A stretch of DNA of 64,000 nucleotides, taken from an uncultured Trueperaceae bacterium (GTDB taxonomy: Bacteria > Deinococcota > Deinococci > Deinococcales > Trueperaceae). Location of the stretch: NCBI GenBank assembly GCA_963783895.1, contig CAWAPF010000009.1:15128-79127 (forward strand). The letters are read 5' to 3'. The notes under the pieces were generated by a model, which searched no databases, was not told the DNA's origin, and saw nothing but the letters and a program-made list of their open reading frames with translations. Of the stretch, positions 35,081 to 45,000 are shown piece by piece. Position 1 is the first letter of the stretch; each line of letters begins with the position of its first letter. Position numbers and translations under genes: made by a program.

Positions 35081-36180
35081 GGAGCGCCTCCCGACCCCGG
35101 CGTCGCCGGCCCGACCAGCCCGGTGAGGTCCTGCCCGGCCGAGACGGAGAGCGTCACGAGCGCGGTGCGGTAGCCGTCGACGGCCTGCAGCAGGCTGTAG
35201 GCCGACGAGGCGACCGCGACCTCATCGGATTGCACCTGGAGGGCGGACACCGTGCCCGCCTCGAGGGCCGCCCGGTCCTGCTGCAGGACCTGGCGGACGT
35301 TGTCGAGGTTCTGCTGCGCGATGGCGATCCGTGCGTCGGCGTCGTGCGCCGCCTGGTAGGCGTTCGCCAGGCTGGTGGCGGCGTTCTGCCGGGCGGTGTC
35401 GAGGCTTCGGCGGGCGTTGTCCAGCGACGTCTTGGCCGTCTGGTAGGTCATGCGGGGGGTGTAGTCGTTGTCATAGAGCTTGACCTGGAGCGTGTAGAGC
35501 TCGACCGACTGCCGCGCCTGGACCACCGAGGGCAGGCGCTGCAGCAGCCCCTGCTCGAGATCGGCCAGCTTCGCCGTCACCGGCGGCAGGTCGGGCGGGG
35601 CCGCGACCGTCACCGACCCGAGATCGGTCACGCCGAGCAGCGTGGCGAGCTGCGCGCCGGCCGCGGGCACCTTGGCCTGGGCGTTGGCAAGGGTCTGCTG
35701 GGCGCTCTGCAGCGCGGTCCTGGTCTTGGAGACATCGAGCGAGGTGGCGTTTCCGTCGCCGAACTTCGCCTGGGCCACCTGCAGGTCGCGATCCGCCAGG
35801 TCCCGCTGGGCCTGCGCCACCGCCACGTTCTGCTGTGCCTCGTAGAGCGACAGGTAGGCGTTGACGACGCTCTGGAGCACCTGGAGGCGGGTTGCCTCCA
35901 GCCCGACCCGGCTCCGCGCAGCCGCTTGCTGCGCCTGCGTCTTCTGCAGCACCAGCGCCGACGGGTCGGCCTGCACCGCTTTGAGCTGGAGCTCCGCGTT
36001 GGCCAGGTTGGTCTGGGCGCTGGCCAGTTCGGCGCCCTGCCCGTAGGCGCGTGCCAGCGCCTGGGGAAGATCGAGCGTGGCGGCTTTCGCTGTCGACGAG
36101 GGCTGAAGTGGAACGGCGTTCTGCTGCGCCGACGCCGTTGCGACGAGCAGAGCGACGAGGAGGAACGTGCGGATTCTCAT
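35077..36180 (-). CDS. Short TolC-like outer membrane factor paralogue (367 aa), operon 1; the beta-hairpin segments appear to be missing
   Basis: Signal peptide MRIRTFLLVALLVATASAQQ. Two OEP-like helical repeats are present, but the inter-helix segments are only about 10-12 aa (DPSALVLQKTQ; KLYDNDYTPRMTYQ). Confidence 0.75.
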   Translation of the reverse strand: MRIRTFLLVALLVATASAQQNAVPLQPSSTAKAATLDLPQALARAYGQGAELASAQTNLANAELQLKAVQADPSALVLQKTQAQQAAARSRVGLEATRLQVLQSVVNAYLSLYEAQQNVAVAQAQRDLADRDLQVAQAKFGDGNATSLDVSKTRTALQSAQQTLANAQAKVPAAGAQLATLLGVTDLGSVTVAAPPDLPPVTAKLADLEQGLLQRLPSVVQARQSVELYTLQVKLYDNDYTPRMTYQTAKTSLDNARRSLDTARQNAATSLANAYQAAHDADARIAIAQQNLDNVRQVLQQDRAALEAGTVSALQVQSDEVAVASSAYSLLQAVDGYRTALVTLSVSAGQDLTGLVGPATPGSGGAP

Positions 36181-37673
36181 GGGAGCCCTCCCGGGGTTGC
36201 AGTGAGCTCCCCCAGCGCGTTGCGCAGTTGGAGCAGAGCCAGATAGTTCGCATTCTGATCCGACTCGACGGAACGTTGCGCCTGGTCGTGGGCGACGCGA
36301 GCGTCGCCGACATCCAGTGCGGTGGCGAGGCCTGCGGCGAGACGCGCCTGGGCCGTCGTGAGCGCCTGCTGTGCAGCGGCGAGCGACGCCCGGTCGGCGG
36401 CCAGCGACCCCTCGGCCGCCCGCCACGTCGCGTAGCGCTGACGGATGTCGAGCGCAGCGGAGCGCCGGGTGGCCGCCAGCGCCGCCTCGGCGCTGGCCAG
36501 CGCGGTGCGCGCGGTGCCCACGGCCGCGTCCGACGACGGTGCGTCCAGCGGGATGCTGACCGAGGCGCCGATGCTGAGCTGGGTGGTGACGCTCCCCGAC
36601 GTACCCGGCGCGATGGGATAGGAGACGCTGCCGCTGGCGACGCCCTTCTGGAAGTCGAGCCCGGCGTTCACGCCGAGGCCCACCTGCGTGCCGCTGGCGT
36701 CGTGGCTCGTCACCCCGAGGGCGAGGCTGGCGCTCGGGATCCAGCGCTGTGCGGCACTGACCGACAGCGAGCCCTGGGCCTGCCGGACCCGGAGTTGCGC
36801 CACCTGCACGTCGTCGCGTCGGGGCACGCCCGCCTGCACGAGGTCGGCGAGCGATCCGGCCGGACCCGTGGGCTGCGGCACCGCCGTGGTCAAGGGAGCG
36901 TCGGTGAGGGGCACGCCGAGGGTGTCGAAGAACGTGCGGCGGGCGAGGTCGAGCGTGCCGGCCGCCTGGTCCAGGGCGGCCTGGGCCCCCACCACCGCCG
37001 CCTGCGCCTGGGCCAGCCCCTGGTCGCTGAGCTGTCCCTGGGCGTGTTGCGCCTGGGCCGCGCTCAGCTTCGCCTGCGCCAGCCGGGTCGCGGCCTGCGC
37101 CGCGTCGTGGGCGGTCGCCGCCAGACGGGTCGCGAAGTACTGCTGCTCGACGGTGAGGCGCAGTCCCGCGCGGGCGCCGTCGCGGTTGAGGGCGGCCACG
37201 GCGAGCGCGACCTCGGCGTTGGCGATCGACGCGTCGACGGGTGCCCACGGCAACACCGTGGCGGAGGCCGAGACCGAGACCTTGGCGGTCGCTCCGTTGC
37301 GACCGCCCGTGCCCGCCAGGGTGTCGGTGCGGTCGTAACTGCCGCCGGCCGCCACCTGCAATCCGGCGTTGGCGCGGGCGGCGGCCAGCGCGTCCGCCGC
37401 ACTCCGGTAGTCGAGGTCGGCCTTCTGCCAGCCGGGCGCCTGGGGAAGCGCAGCGAGTGCGTCCGCGAGGGTGAAACCGGGCGCATTCGCGGGCGCATTC
37501 GCGGGCGCATTCGCGGGCGCATTCGCAGGCGCATTCGCAGGGGCCTGGGCTGGTGTCTGGGCCGGCAACTGGGCGGACGCCTGTGCGCGCACCGGCGGGC
37601 CGAGCAGGAACGGGACCAGTACGAGCGCCAGGACGAGGACCGCCCCCGACGCCCGCATGCGGTTGGGACTCAT
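36177..37673 (-). CDS. TolC-like outer membrane factor (498 aa), operon 1
   Basis: Signal peptide, a (PANA)n linker and two OEP repeats. Both repeats have long hairpin segments (GLQVAAGGSYDRT...AKVSVSASATVLPW; ASLALGVTSHDASG...QLSIGASVSIPL). Confidence 0.8.
   Translation of the reverse strand: MSPNRMRASGAVLVLALVLVPFLLGPPVRAQASAQLPAQTPAQAPANAPANAPANAPANAPANAPGFTLADALAALPQAPGWQKADLDYRSAADALAAARANAGLQVAAGGSYDRTDTLAGTGGRNGATAKVSVSASATVLPWAPVDASIANAEVALAVAALNRDGARAGLRLTVEQQYFATRLAATAHDAAQAATRLAQAKLSAAQAQHAQGQLSDQGLAQAQAAVVGAQAALDQAAGTLDLARRTFFDTLGVPLTDAPLTTAVPQPTGPAGSLADLVQAGVPRRDDVQVAQLRVRQAQGSLSVSAAQRWIPSASLALGVTSHDASGTQVGLGVNAGLDFQKGVASGSVSYPIAPGTSGSVTTQLSIGASVSIPLDAPSSDAAVGTARTALASAEAALAATRRSAALDIRQRYATWRAAEGSLAADRASLAAAQQALTTAQARLAAGLATALDVGDARVAHDQAQRSVESDQNANYLALLQLRNALGELTATPGGLP
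37479..37538. repeat. In-frame 12-bp tandem repeat x5 (gggcgcattcgc) encoding (PANA)5 in the OMF-long-1 N-terminal linker
   Basis: Four perfect units plus one variant. Confidence 0.9.
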
Positions 37674-37802
37674 GCCGCCAAGCGTTCGCCAGCGGCGTGC
37701 AGGAATGGCGCGGACCATGTGCAGCTCGTGTGCAGATGCGCCAGCGGCCCGCCGGCCCGGCCGAGACTGGGGGCGGGGCCACAACGCGGCGCCGGACAGG
37801 GC

Positions 37803-37811
37803 TGCTACAAT
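37803..37811 (+). promoter_or_regulatory. Extended -10 promoter TGcTACAAT for the marR-efflux operon 2
   Basis: Lies in the only AT-richer stretch of the 245-bp divergent spacer. Confidence 0.45.
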
Positions 37812-37813
37812 CG

Positions 37814-37852
37814 ATAGTTGGCTATGTTGAACTTTTCGGAAATCCCAACTGT
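37814..37852. promoter_or_regulatory. Inverted repeat ATAGTTGG-N23-CCAACTGT (7/8), candidate MarR operator
   Basis: Arms at 37814-37821 and 37845-37852, immediately downstream of the -10 element. Confidence 0.35.
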
Positions 37853-37918
37853 TCTCGCGGATCGCGCGCCACGCGCGCCGACGAGCGGGCCCGTGCCCCG
37901 TCCCGATCGAACGTGGTC

Positions 37919-38356
37919 ATGAAGGACTCCCGCTCGGATACGCGTGCAGGTCTACTGTCCGAGCTTCACGAGACCACCTTCCGCATGATGAGGGTGCAGC
38001 GCCAGGTCGCCGAGCGGGCGTTCTCGCCCCTCGGCCTGCGACCGGTGCAGGCCTTCGCGCTCGCGTTGCTGGGGCAGGAGGCCAGCTACCCGAAGGAGCT
38101 CGCACACCTGCTCGACGCTCCGCCCTCGGTGGTGTCGGTGCTTCTCTCCGACCTCGAGGGGCGAGGCCTGGTCAACCGAACGGTGGACCCGGCCGATCGG
38201 CGGCGGGTACGGCTCGAGCTCACGGCCGAGGGGCGCCGCACGCTCGACGCCATCAACTGCGCCTGGCTCGACGCCAACGCCAGCCGTCTCGCCCGACTCG
38301 GCACGGCCGACCTGGAAGCCCTGGTGCGCATCCAGAAGGCCCTGCTAGAGGAGTGA
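37919..38356 (+). CDS. MarR family transcriptional regulator
   Basis: LGLRPVQAFALALLGQEASYPKELAHLLDAPPSVVSVLLSDLEGRGLVNRTVDPADRRRVRLELTAEGR is a winged HTH. Confidence 0.88.
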   Translation: MKDSRSDTRAGLLSELHETTFRMMRVQRQVAERAFSPLGLRPVQAFALALLGQEASYPKELAHLLDAPPSVVSVLLSDLEGRGLVNRTVDPADRRRVRLELTAEGRRTLDAINCAWLDANASRLARLGTADLEALVRIQKALLEE

Positions 38357-38360
38357 CGTC

Positions 38361-39692
38361 ATGAAACGGATTCTCTTGCTCACCCTGCTCCTCCTCGCGC
38401 CGTCCGTGACCGCACAGTCGGGGCAGGACGCACCCACGCTGAGCACCTTCCTCGCCCCCCTCGCCGGCCAACCGTCGCTCCGGGCGGCGGGCGAGCAGGT
38501 GGCCTCGGCCGAGGCCCAGCTCCGGGCGGCCTACGACCCGGTCTCGCTGCAGGCGTCGGGGGGGTACACCGCCTTCGACACCACCTCGGTCGACATCAAC
38601 CCCGCCCAGCCCGGCGTGCAGAACCTGCCGGCCAGTGGTGGACAGATCTCGGCCGCCGTGACCGTACGCCCCTGGCTGTTCGGCGACACCGCCGACCAGG
38701 CCGACAAGAGCCGCCTCCAGCTCGACCAGGCCCGGCTCGATTACCGCGACGCCCTGACCGGCCTCCAGATCCAGGCGGTGCAAGCCGCCTACGGCGTGCA
38801 ACTCGCCCGCGAATCGCTGGCCTCGGCCCAGGAGGGCGAGAAGGTCGCCCAGGCAGCGCTCGACGCCACCCGCTTGCGGCACGACAAGGGAGCGGCCAGC
38901 GACCGCGACCTTCGCAGCGCCCAGACCGGGCTCGAGCAAGCCCGCCAATTCGTGGCCAACGCCAAGGGGGGGCTGGCGCTCGCGCAGACCACGCTCGAGA
39001 GCCTCGTCGGCCCCACTGCCGCGCCTGACGTGGCGACGTTGACGCTCGAGGTCCCCGACGGCACCGCGCTGTCGGTCCAGAAGGCGCGCCTGAGCGCGGA
39101 CCTGGCCGGCGTCTCGGTGCGCAACGCCACCCGCTCGGTCTACCCCGTCGTGCAGGCCGGCTACACCTGGAACGTCGACAGCAAGGACAGCGTCGGCGTG
39201 TCGATCGAGTCGCGCACGCTCCAACCCAAGGTCAGCTACGACTTCCAGAGCCCGGGGAGCTCGTTCCCTCAGGACCAGATCAACGGCAGCTTCCAGATCG
39301 GCGTGTCGATGACCATCTCCCCCGGTGTCATCGACGGCCTGCAGGCCACCCATGCGCAGCTCCGCGCCGCCCAGGACGGCGTCGACGCCGCGAAGCGCGG
39401 CGCTGCGGTGCAGAAGGCGTCGCTCGACAACGACCTCGCTCAGGCCAAGCGCGCGCTGAGCCTCGCGCAGCGTCAGCTCGACGATGCGCACGCCACCCTC
39501 CAGGAGGACCAGACCCGCGAGAAGCTCGGCCTGGGAACCCCCCTGACCACGCAACAGGCGGCGCTGGACCTTACCCAGCGCCAACTCGATCTACAGCAGG
39601 CCCGCCAGGACGCCCTCGCAAAGACCCTGGCGTACTACCGTTTCTACGCCCACCCCCTGGTGAGCCAGACCCCGTCGGAGGTCCAGCCGTGA
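38361..39692 (+). CDS. TolC-like outer membrane factor (443 aa), operon 2
   Basis: Signal peptide MKRILLLTLLLLAPSVTAQS. Hairpin segments GGYTAFDTTSV...ISAAVTVRPWLF and VVQAGYTWNVDSKDSVGVSIES...FQIGVSMTISP. Confidence 0.8.
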   Translation: MKRILLLTLLLLAPSVTAQSGQDAPTLSTFLAPLAGQPSLRAAGEQVASAEAQLRAAYDPVSLQASGGYTAFDTTSVDINPAQPGVQNLPASGGQISAAVTVRPWLFGDTADQADKSRLQLDQARLDYRDALTGLQIQAVQAAYGVQLARESLASAQEGEKVAQAALDATRLRHDKGAASDRDLRSAQTGLEQARQFVANAKGGLALAQTTLESLVGPTAAPDVATLTLEVPDGTALSVQKARLSADLAGVSVRNATRSVYPVVQAGYTWNVDSKDSVGVSIESRTLQPKVSYDFQSPGSSFPQDQINGSFQIGVSMTISPGVIDGLQATHAQLRAAQDGVDAAKRGAAVQKASLDNDLAQAKRALSLAQRQLDDAHATLQEDQTREKLGLGTPLTTQQAALDLTQRQLDLQQARQDALAKTLAYYRFYAHPLVSQTPSEVQP

Positions 39693-40804
39693 AACGCCTC
39701 ATCTTCGCTCTCGTCGGCGTGTTGCCGCTGCTCCTGCCCGCCGCGCACGCCTTCGGATTCCAGGACGCCCTGCAGGCCGCGCAGACGCGGCCCGACGCCG
39801 TGACCAAGCGGCTCGAGCTGCTCAACGACAGCAACGAGCTGGTGCGTGTGCAGGGCGATCCCCTCGCCCTCAAGATGGATCTCGTCAAGGCTCAGCAGGC
39901 GGTCGCACTCGATCGCGCCGAGCTCGAGAAGGCCTACGACGACGCCCTCGTGACCATCGCCAAGGCCTACACGGGTGTCCTCGAGGCGCGCGAGCAGGCG
40001 GCCCTTGCGGACAAGGGCGTCGCGGTGAGCAAGGCGTCGCTCGACATCGCCAAGATCCGCCGCACCAACGGCAGCGGCACTGACCTCGACGTGCAGGACG
40101 CCCAGGTGTCGCTCGACAACGCCACCAAGAACTCGCAGACCGCCCACAAGAGCCTGGCGATCGCCGAAGCCAATCTGGAGGGCCTGGTCGGGCAGACCCT
40201 CGACCCCGGCGCGCTCGAGCCGATCCCCGACGTCTTCCTGGTGGACGTGCCGTCGACCGACGCCGCCACCCAGGCGCTGCCGCGCACGCCCCAGCTCCTG
40301 CAGTCCCAGCAAGGCCTGGTGCTGGCCCGGCTCGGAGTCCAGATGCTCGACCCGAGCTACGCATCGGCGTCGCAGATCGAGTCCGCCAAGACGCAGTTGC
40401 AGACCACCGAGAAGCTCGTCGCCGAAGCGCAACGCGGCCTCCAGATCCAGGCCAAGAACCTGGTTGTGCAGGCCCAGAGCGCAGCGGAATCCTTCCGCAT
40501 CGAGCAGGACAGTCTGGCCAACGCCAACCAGCGGCTCGGGTTCGCCTCGGACCGGCTGAACGCCGGCCTGATCCCCAAGATCCAATTCCAGAAGGCGGAG
40601 CTCGACCAGCTCCAGGCCAAACTCTCTGCGCTGCAGGCGCGCGACGGCTACGTGGTGGCGCTGCTCCAGCTCCAGGCTGGCACCCAGCTCCAGCTGCAGG
40701 GCCCGAGCGTTTACGACTTCGCTGCCACCGTGGGACCCCTGCCCGGCGACGCCGGCGTAGCACCCAGCGGAGGCGCAGGGAACGGTTCCAGCAATGGGCA
40801 GTAG
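39689..40804 (+). CDS. Short TolC-like outer membrane factor paralogue (371 aa), operon 2; the beta-hairpin segments appear to be missing
   Basis: Signal peptide MKRLIFALVGVLPLLLPAAHA. Helical OEP-like repeats have only short connectors (GDPLALKMDL; QMLDPSYASASQ). A Gly-rich tail follows. Confidence 0.75.
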   Translation: MKRLIFALVGVLPLLLPAAHAFGFQDALQAAQTRPDAVTKRLELLNDSNELVRVQGDPLALKMDLVKAQQAVALDRAELEKAYDDALVTIAKAYTGVLEAREQAALADKGVAVSKASLDIAKIRRTNGSGTDLDVQDAQVSLDNATKNSQTAHKSLAIAEANLEGLVGQTLDPGALEPIPDVFLVDVPSTDAATQALPRTPQLLQSQQGLVLARLGVQMLDPSYASASQIESAKTQLQTTEKLVAEAQRGLQIQAKNLVVQAQSAAESFRIEQDSLANANQRLGFASDRLNAGLIPKIQFQKAELDQLQAKLSALQARDGYVVALLQLQAGTQLQLQGPSVYDFAATVGPLPGDAGVAPSGGAGNGSSNGQ

Positions 40805-42089
40805 GGCGGCCCGTCGGACGCTCACGGCCCTGCTGCTGACGCTGGTGCTGGTCCCGCTGACGGCGTGCGGTGGCCGCAAGGCGAGCGACCAGAGCGGCAC
40901 CCAGGCAGCCGCCGGATCGACCGCCACGCAGGCGGCCGCCGGATCGGCGGGGGCGGCCAGCGACGTACGCAAGGTACGCGTCGTCCAGCCCCGTCAGGGT
41001 CAGCTCACAGCGCAGCGCAGCGCCTCGGTGACCATCGACCCGGCCCGCTCGTCGATGGTCGCGGCCGGCACCTCCGGGCAGGTGGCGAGCGTGCTCCACC
41101 GTGAAGGCGCCACCGTGAAGGCGGGCGAGACGGTCGTGCAGCTCGACACCACCTCGTTGAAGCTCCAGGTCCAGAACGCCGAGACGGCGCTCGAGAGCGC
41201 GAAGGTCAACCTCGCCAAGGCCGAGAAGTCGGCCAAGGACGGCCTGGCGCAGGCCCAGGCCGCGCTCGAGGCCGCCCAGCAGAACCTGTCGCTGGCCCAG
41301 AGGCAGGTCGACAACGGCCAGAACCTCTACGCAGCCGGTGGCATCTCCGCCACCGACCTGCAGAGCCTGCAGGCGCAGCTCGCCCAGGCGCACTCGAGTT
41401 ACCAGCAGGCCAGGGACGCGGTCGATCAGGCGCAGCGCGCCGAGACCGAGGACCTCCAGCTCCAGCGGCTGCAGGTGCAGCAGGCCCAGACGCAGCTCGA
41501 CCAGGCGCGGCACACCCTGGCCGAGGCCACCATCACCGCGCCGTTCGACGGTCAGATCGCCGACATGCGGGTCTCCGAAGGTGAGTTCGTGGCGACCGGC
41601 AGCCCGGTGTTCCGGCTCGTCTCCGTTCTGACCCAGCTCGCCAAGTTCGATGTACCCCCACAAGACGCCCAGCAGCTCTCGGACAAGGGCCTGGTGTACG
41701 TGAGTTACGGCGGCCTCGACTTCGCCGCCCAGATCGTGCGCAGCACCACCGTGCCGGGATCGTCGCGGCAGGTGGAGCTGACCGCCCGCATCTACGCGTC
41801 CAAGCACGCCATCCCCACCGGCGCGACCGGCCAGGTCAACTACCAGGTGACGCTGGCGTCCGGTCTCTTGCTCCCGTCCGACGCACTCAAGACCGACAGC
41901 GGCGAGAGCACGGTGCTGCTGGTCAAGGACGGCGTCGCGACACAGACGAAGGTGCAGCTCCTGGCCGAGGTCGGGGGCACCGCCGCCATCCAGGGCCTGC
42001 CGGCCGGCGCTCAGGTCGTCTACCCGGTCCCCAGTGACCTCCTCGCGGGCTCCAAGGTCCAGATCGTCGGGGGCGCCACGTCGCCATGA
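40794..42089 (+). CDS. RND efflux periplasmic adaptor (MFP) lipoprotein, operon 2
   Basis: Lipobox LVPLTAC. HlyD-type pattern VKAGETVVQLD, a coiled-coil and ITAPFDGQIADMRVSEGEFV. Confidence 0.85.
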   Translation: MGSRAARRTLTALLLTLVLVPLTACGGRKASDQSGTQAAAGSTATQAAAGSAGAASDVRKVRVVQPRQGQLTAQRSASVTIDPARSSMVAAGTSGQVASVLHREGATVKAGETVVQLDTTSLKLQVQNAETALESAKVNLAKAEKSAKDGLAQAQAALEAAQQNLSLAQRQVDNGQNLYAAGGISATDLQSLQAQLAQAHSSYQQARDAVDQAQRAETEDLQLQRLQVQQAQTQLDQARHTLAEATITAPFDGQIADMRVSEGEFVATGSPVFRLVSVLTQLAKFDVPPQDAQQLSDKGLVYVSYGGLDFAAQIVRSTTVPGSSRQVELTARIYASKHAIPTGATGQVNYQVTLASGLLLPSDALKTDSGESTVLLVKDGVATQTKVQLLAEVGGTAAIQGLPAGAQVVYPVPSDLLAGSKVQIVGGATSP

Positions 42090-45000
42090 GACGCCTGGTC
42101 CAGTTCTTCGTCAACAACTACGTCCTGACCATCAGCGTCTTCGGGGCACTGGTGCTGTTCGGCGCCGTGAGCACCCTGAGCCGCGGCATCGAGCTGTTCC
42201 CGCCCATCACCGTGCCGGTCATCGCCGTCACCACCAGCTACAGCGGGGCGGGACCGGAGGAGGTGTCGCGCCAGGTGGCGCAGCCCGAGGAGGGCGCCCT
42301 CACCACGCTCCCCGGCATCAGTTCCGTCAGCTCGGTCAGCTACGAGGGCTACGGCATCGTGATCGCCCAGTTCAACGCCAATGCCGACATCAACCAGGCC
42401 GCCATCGATGTGAGCCAGCGTATCTCCCAGATCGGCAACCAGCTCCCCGACGGCGCCGGCAACCCGACGGTCCAGAAGTTCAACCCCAACGACCAGCCGA
42501 TCCTCAGCGTGGCGGTGTCAGCGCCCGGTCAGGACCTGATGGCCGTGCAGAACTACGCCGAGAACACGCTGCAACCCGCGATCGAGAGGGTCAACGGGGT
42601 GGCGGACGTCACCGTGGTGGGGCCGGCCAAGGAGCAGGTGCAGGTCCTGCTCGACCCCAACGCGCTCGCCAACTTCGGCTTGACCCCCCAGCAGGTGGCG
42701 AACGCCATCCAGGCGTCGGCGCTCGACGTGCCGGCCGGCAGCCTGGACTTCGCCAACAGCCGCGTTCTGCTCACGGCGCGCGCCACCCCGACCGATGTCG
42801 CGCAGGTGGCGTCGATCCCGGTCGATCCCTCGCGCGGCCTCAGCGTCTCCGATGTCGCCACGGTGCGCGACACCACCGCCAAGCCCACGTCCTACGCGCG
42901 TCTCAACGGCGAGCCGGTGGTGCTGCTGCAGGTGCGCAAACTGTCCGACAGCAACGCCGTGGCGACCGCCAACGACCTGCGTGCGGCACTGAAGAAGCTC
43001 GACCTGCCCTCCGGCTACAGCACGCAGATCGTGGGCGATACCACCACCTACGTGGCGTCCAGCGTCTACGACACCCTCCAGGAGATGCTGATCGCAGCCC
43101 TCGCCGTCTCCCTGGTCGTGCTGATGTTCGTCGGCCGGCTGGGCTCGGTGTTCGCGGTGGTGCTCGCCATCCCGGTGGCGCTGTCGGGCGCCCTGGTGAT
43201 GTTCTGGCTGTTCAACTACAGCTTCAACATCATCACGCTCCTCGCCCTCACCGTTGCCATCGGCCTGGTGGTCGACGACGCCATCGTGGTGGCCGAGAAC
43301 ATCGACCGCTACCGGGAGATGGGGTACGCACGCCACGAGGCGGTGCTCAAGGGCGCCAGCGAGGTCTCCACGGCGGTCCTGGCGGCGACCATGTCGCTGC
43401 TGGCGGTGTTCCTGCCGATCTCGTTCCTGCCCGGCATCATCGGCCAGTTCTTCGCCCAGTTCGGCATCACCCTGGCGGCCACCGTGGCCTTCAGCTACTT
43501 GGAGGCGATGTTCTTCCTGACGGTCCGCCTGGCGCTGTCGCCGGATCCTTTCCCGCCGTCGTGGCGCGACCTCCCGGCTGCGCTGCGAGGGACGCGCAAC
43601 GATCTGCAGTGGGGCCTGCGCTTCTACCGCAGCGTCTGGTTCTGGCTGATCGCGCTGGCCGCGGGCGCCGGACTCGTGCGGGCCCTTGGCGTGCGCTACC
43701 TTGCGCTGCTGGTGCTGCTGCCGTTGCTGCTGGTGCTGCTCCGCATGCTCCTGCGCGTCGTGCTCGCGGTGCTCGGGGCGCTCTCGCTCAACCTCTTCCA
43801 GGTGGGAGACTTCCTGATCACGCGGACCCGCGAAGCCTACGTGGCGGCGCTATCGCGCCTGCTCCCGCGATCCTGGATCGTCCTCGTCACCGCCGCGCTG
43901 CTGTTCGCCAGCCTGTTCTGGGTGTTCCCGCGCATCGGCTTCAACTTCCAGCCGCCGTCGGACACGGGCCAGCTCGTCGTCGATGCCCGCCTACCGGTGG
44001 GGACCAGCCTGGCGCGCACCAACCAGGTGGCCACACAGATCGAGGCCGACCTGCTGGCCGACCCCATGGTGACGACCGTGCAGACGACGGTCGGCTCCGG
44101 CACCCAGGTCGGCGGAGCGCTGCCCGAGGACGCTACCCTGACCGTGCAGCTCGTCGACAAGGGCCAGCGCAAGCGCACCACCAGCGAGCTGGCGGTGGCC
44201 GTCCAGGATCGCTTGCGCACGATGTTCGCCGACCACCCGGAGATCCGCATCAGTGTCGGCAGCTCCGACCCCAGCAACGCCCCCACCAACGCCGGCTACG
44301 ACCTGACGCTGGCATCGACCAACCTGGACGCGCTGCGTCAGCACTCCGACCAGGCGGTGGTCGTGCTCCAGAGCGATCCGCAGCTCCGTAACGTCCGCTC
44401 CGATGTGTCCTCCAGTTCCACCGAGCGCGTTTTCGTGGCGGACGCCGCGCAACTGGCGGGCACCGGGCTGACACGCGCGCAGGTCTTCCAGGCACTGCGG
44501 ACCTACAACGTCGGCACCCATGCCGCCACCATGCGCAAGGCGGGCGTGGAGATCCCCATCCAGGTGATGGCCGATCCCCGCAACCTCGTGAACGAGCAGA
44601 CCATCCTCAGCCTGCCGTTGTACGCGCCCGCCCTGCAGACCACCGTCACGCTGGGCGACCTCGGTCACTTCGAGACCCGCCTCGCCCCCGCGGTGATCCG
44701 CCGCACCAACCAGTCCTACAGCTCCGACGTGACCGCCGACCTGGCGCCGGGCGTGACCCAGTCCGAGGCGAAGCAGCAGGCACACCAGCGGTTGGTGGCG
44801 GCCGGGGTGCTCGACGCGCAGGTGGTGCAGACCACCAGCGGCAACCTCGACCTGCTAGGCGACCTGCTCAAGTACGGTCCGATCGCGTTCGCACTGGCGC
44901 TGTTGCTGAACTACCTGGCCATCGGCAGCCAGTTCAACTCCTTCAAGTACCCGCTCTACCTGTTGCTGACGGTCCCCTTGGCGCTGGTCGGAGCGATCTG

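Noticed and set aside
33966-37538. Tandem repeats (15 bp x4 and 12 bp x5), considered as possible CRISPR or other noncoding arrays.
   Set aside because: The units are contiguous with no spacers. They are in-frame multiples of 3 inside clearly coding genes and encode low-complexity linkers. No cas genes are present.
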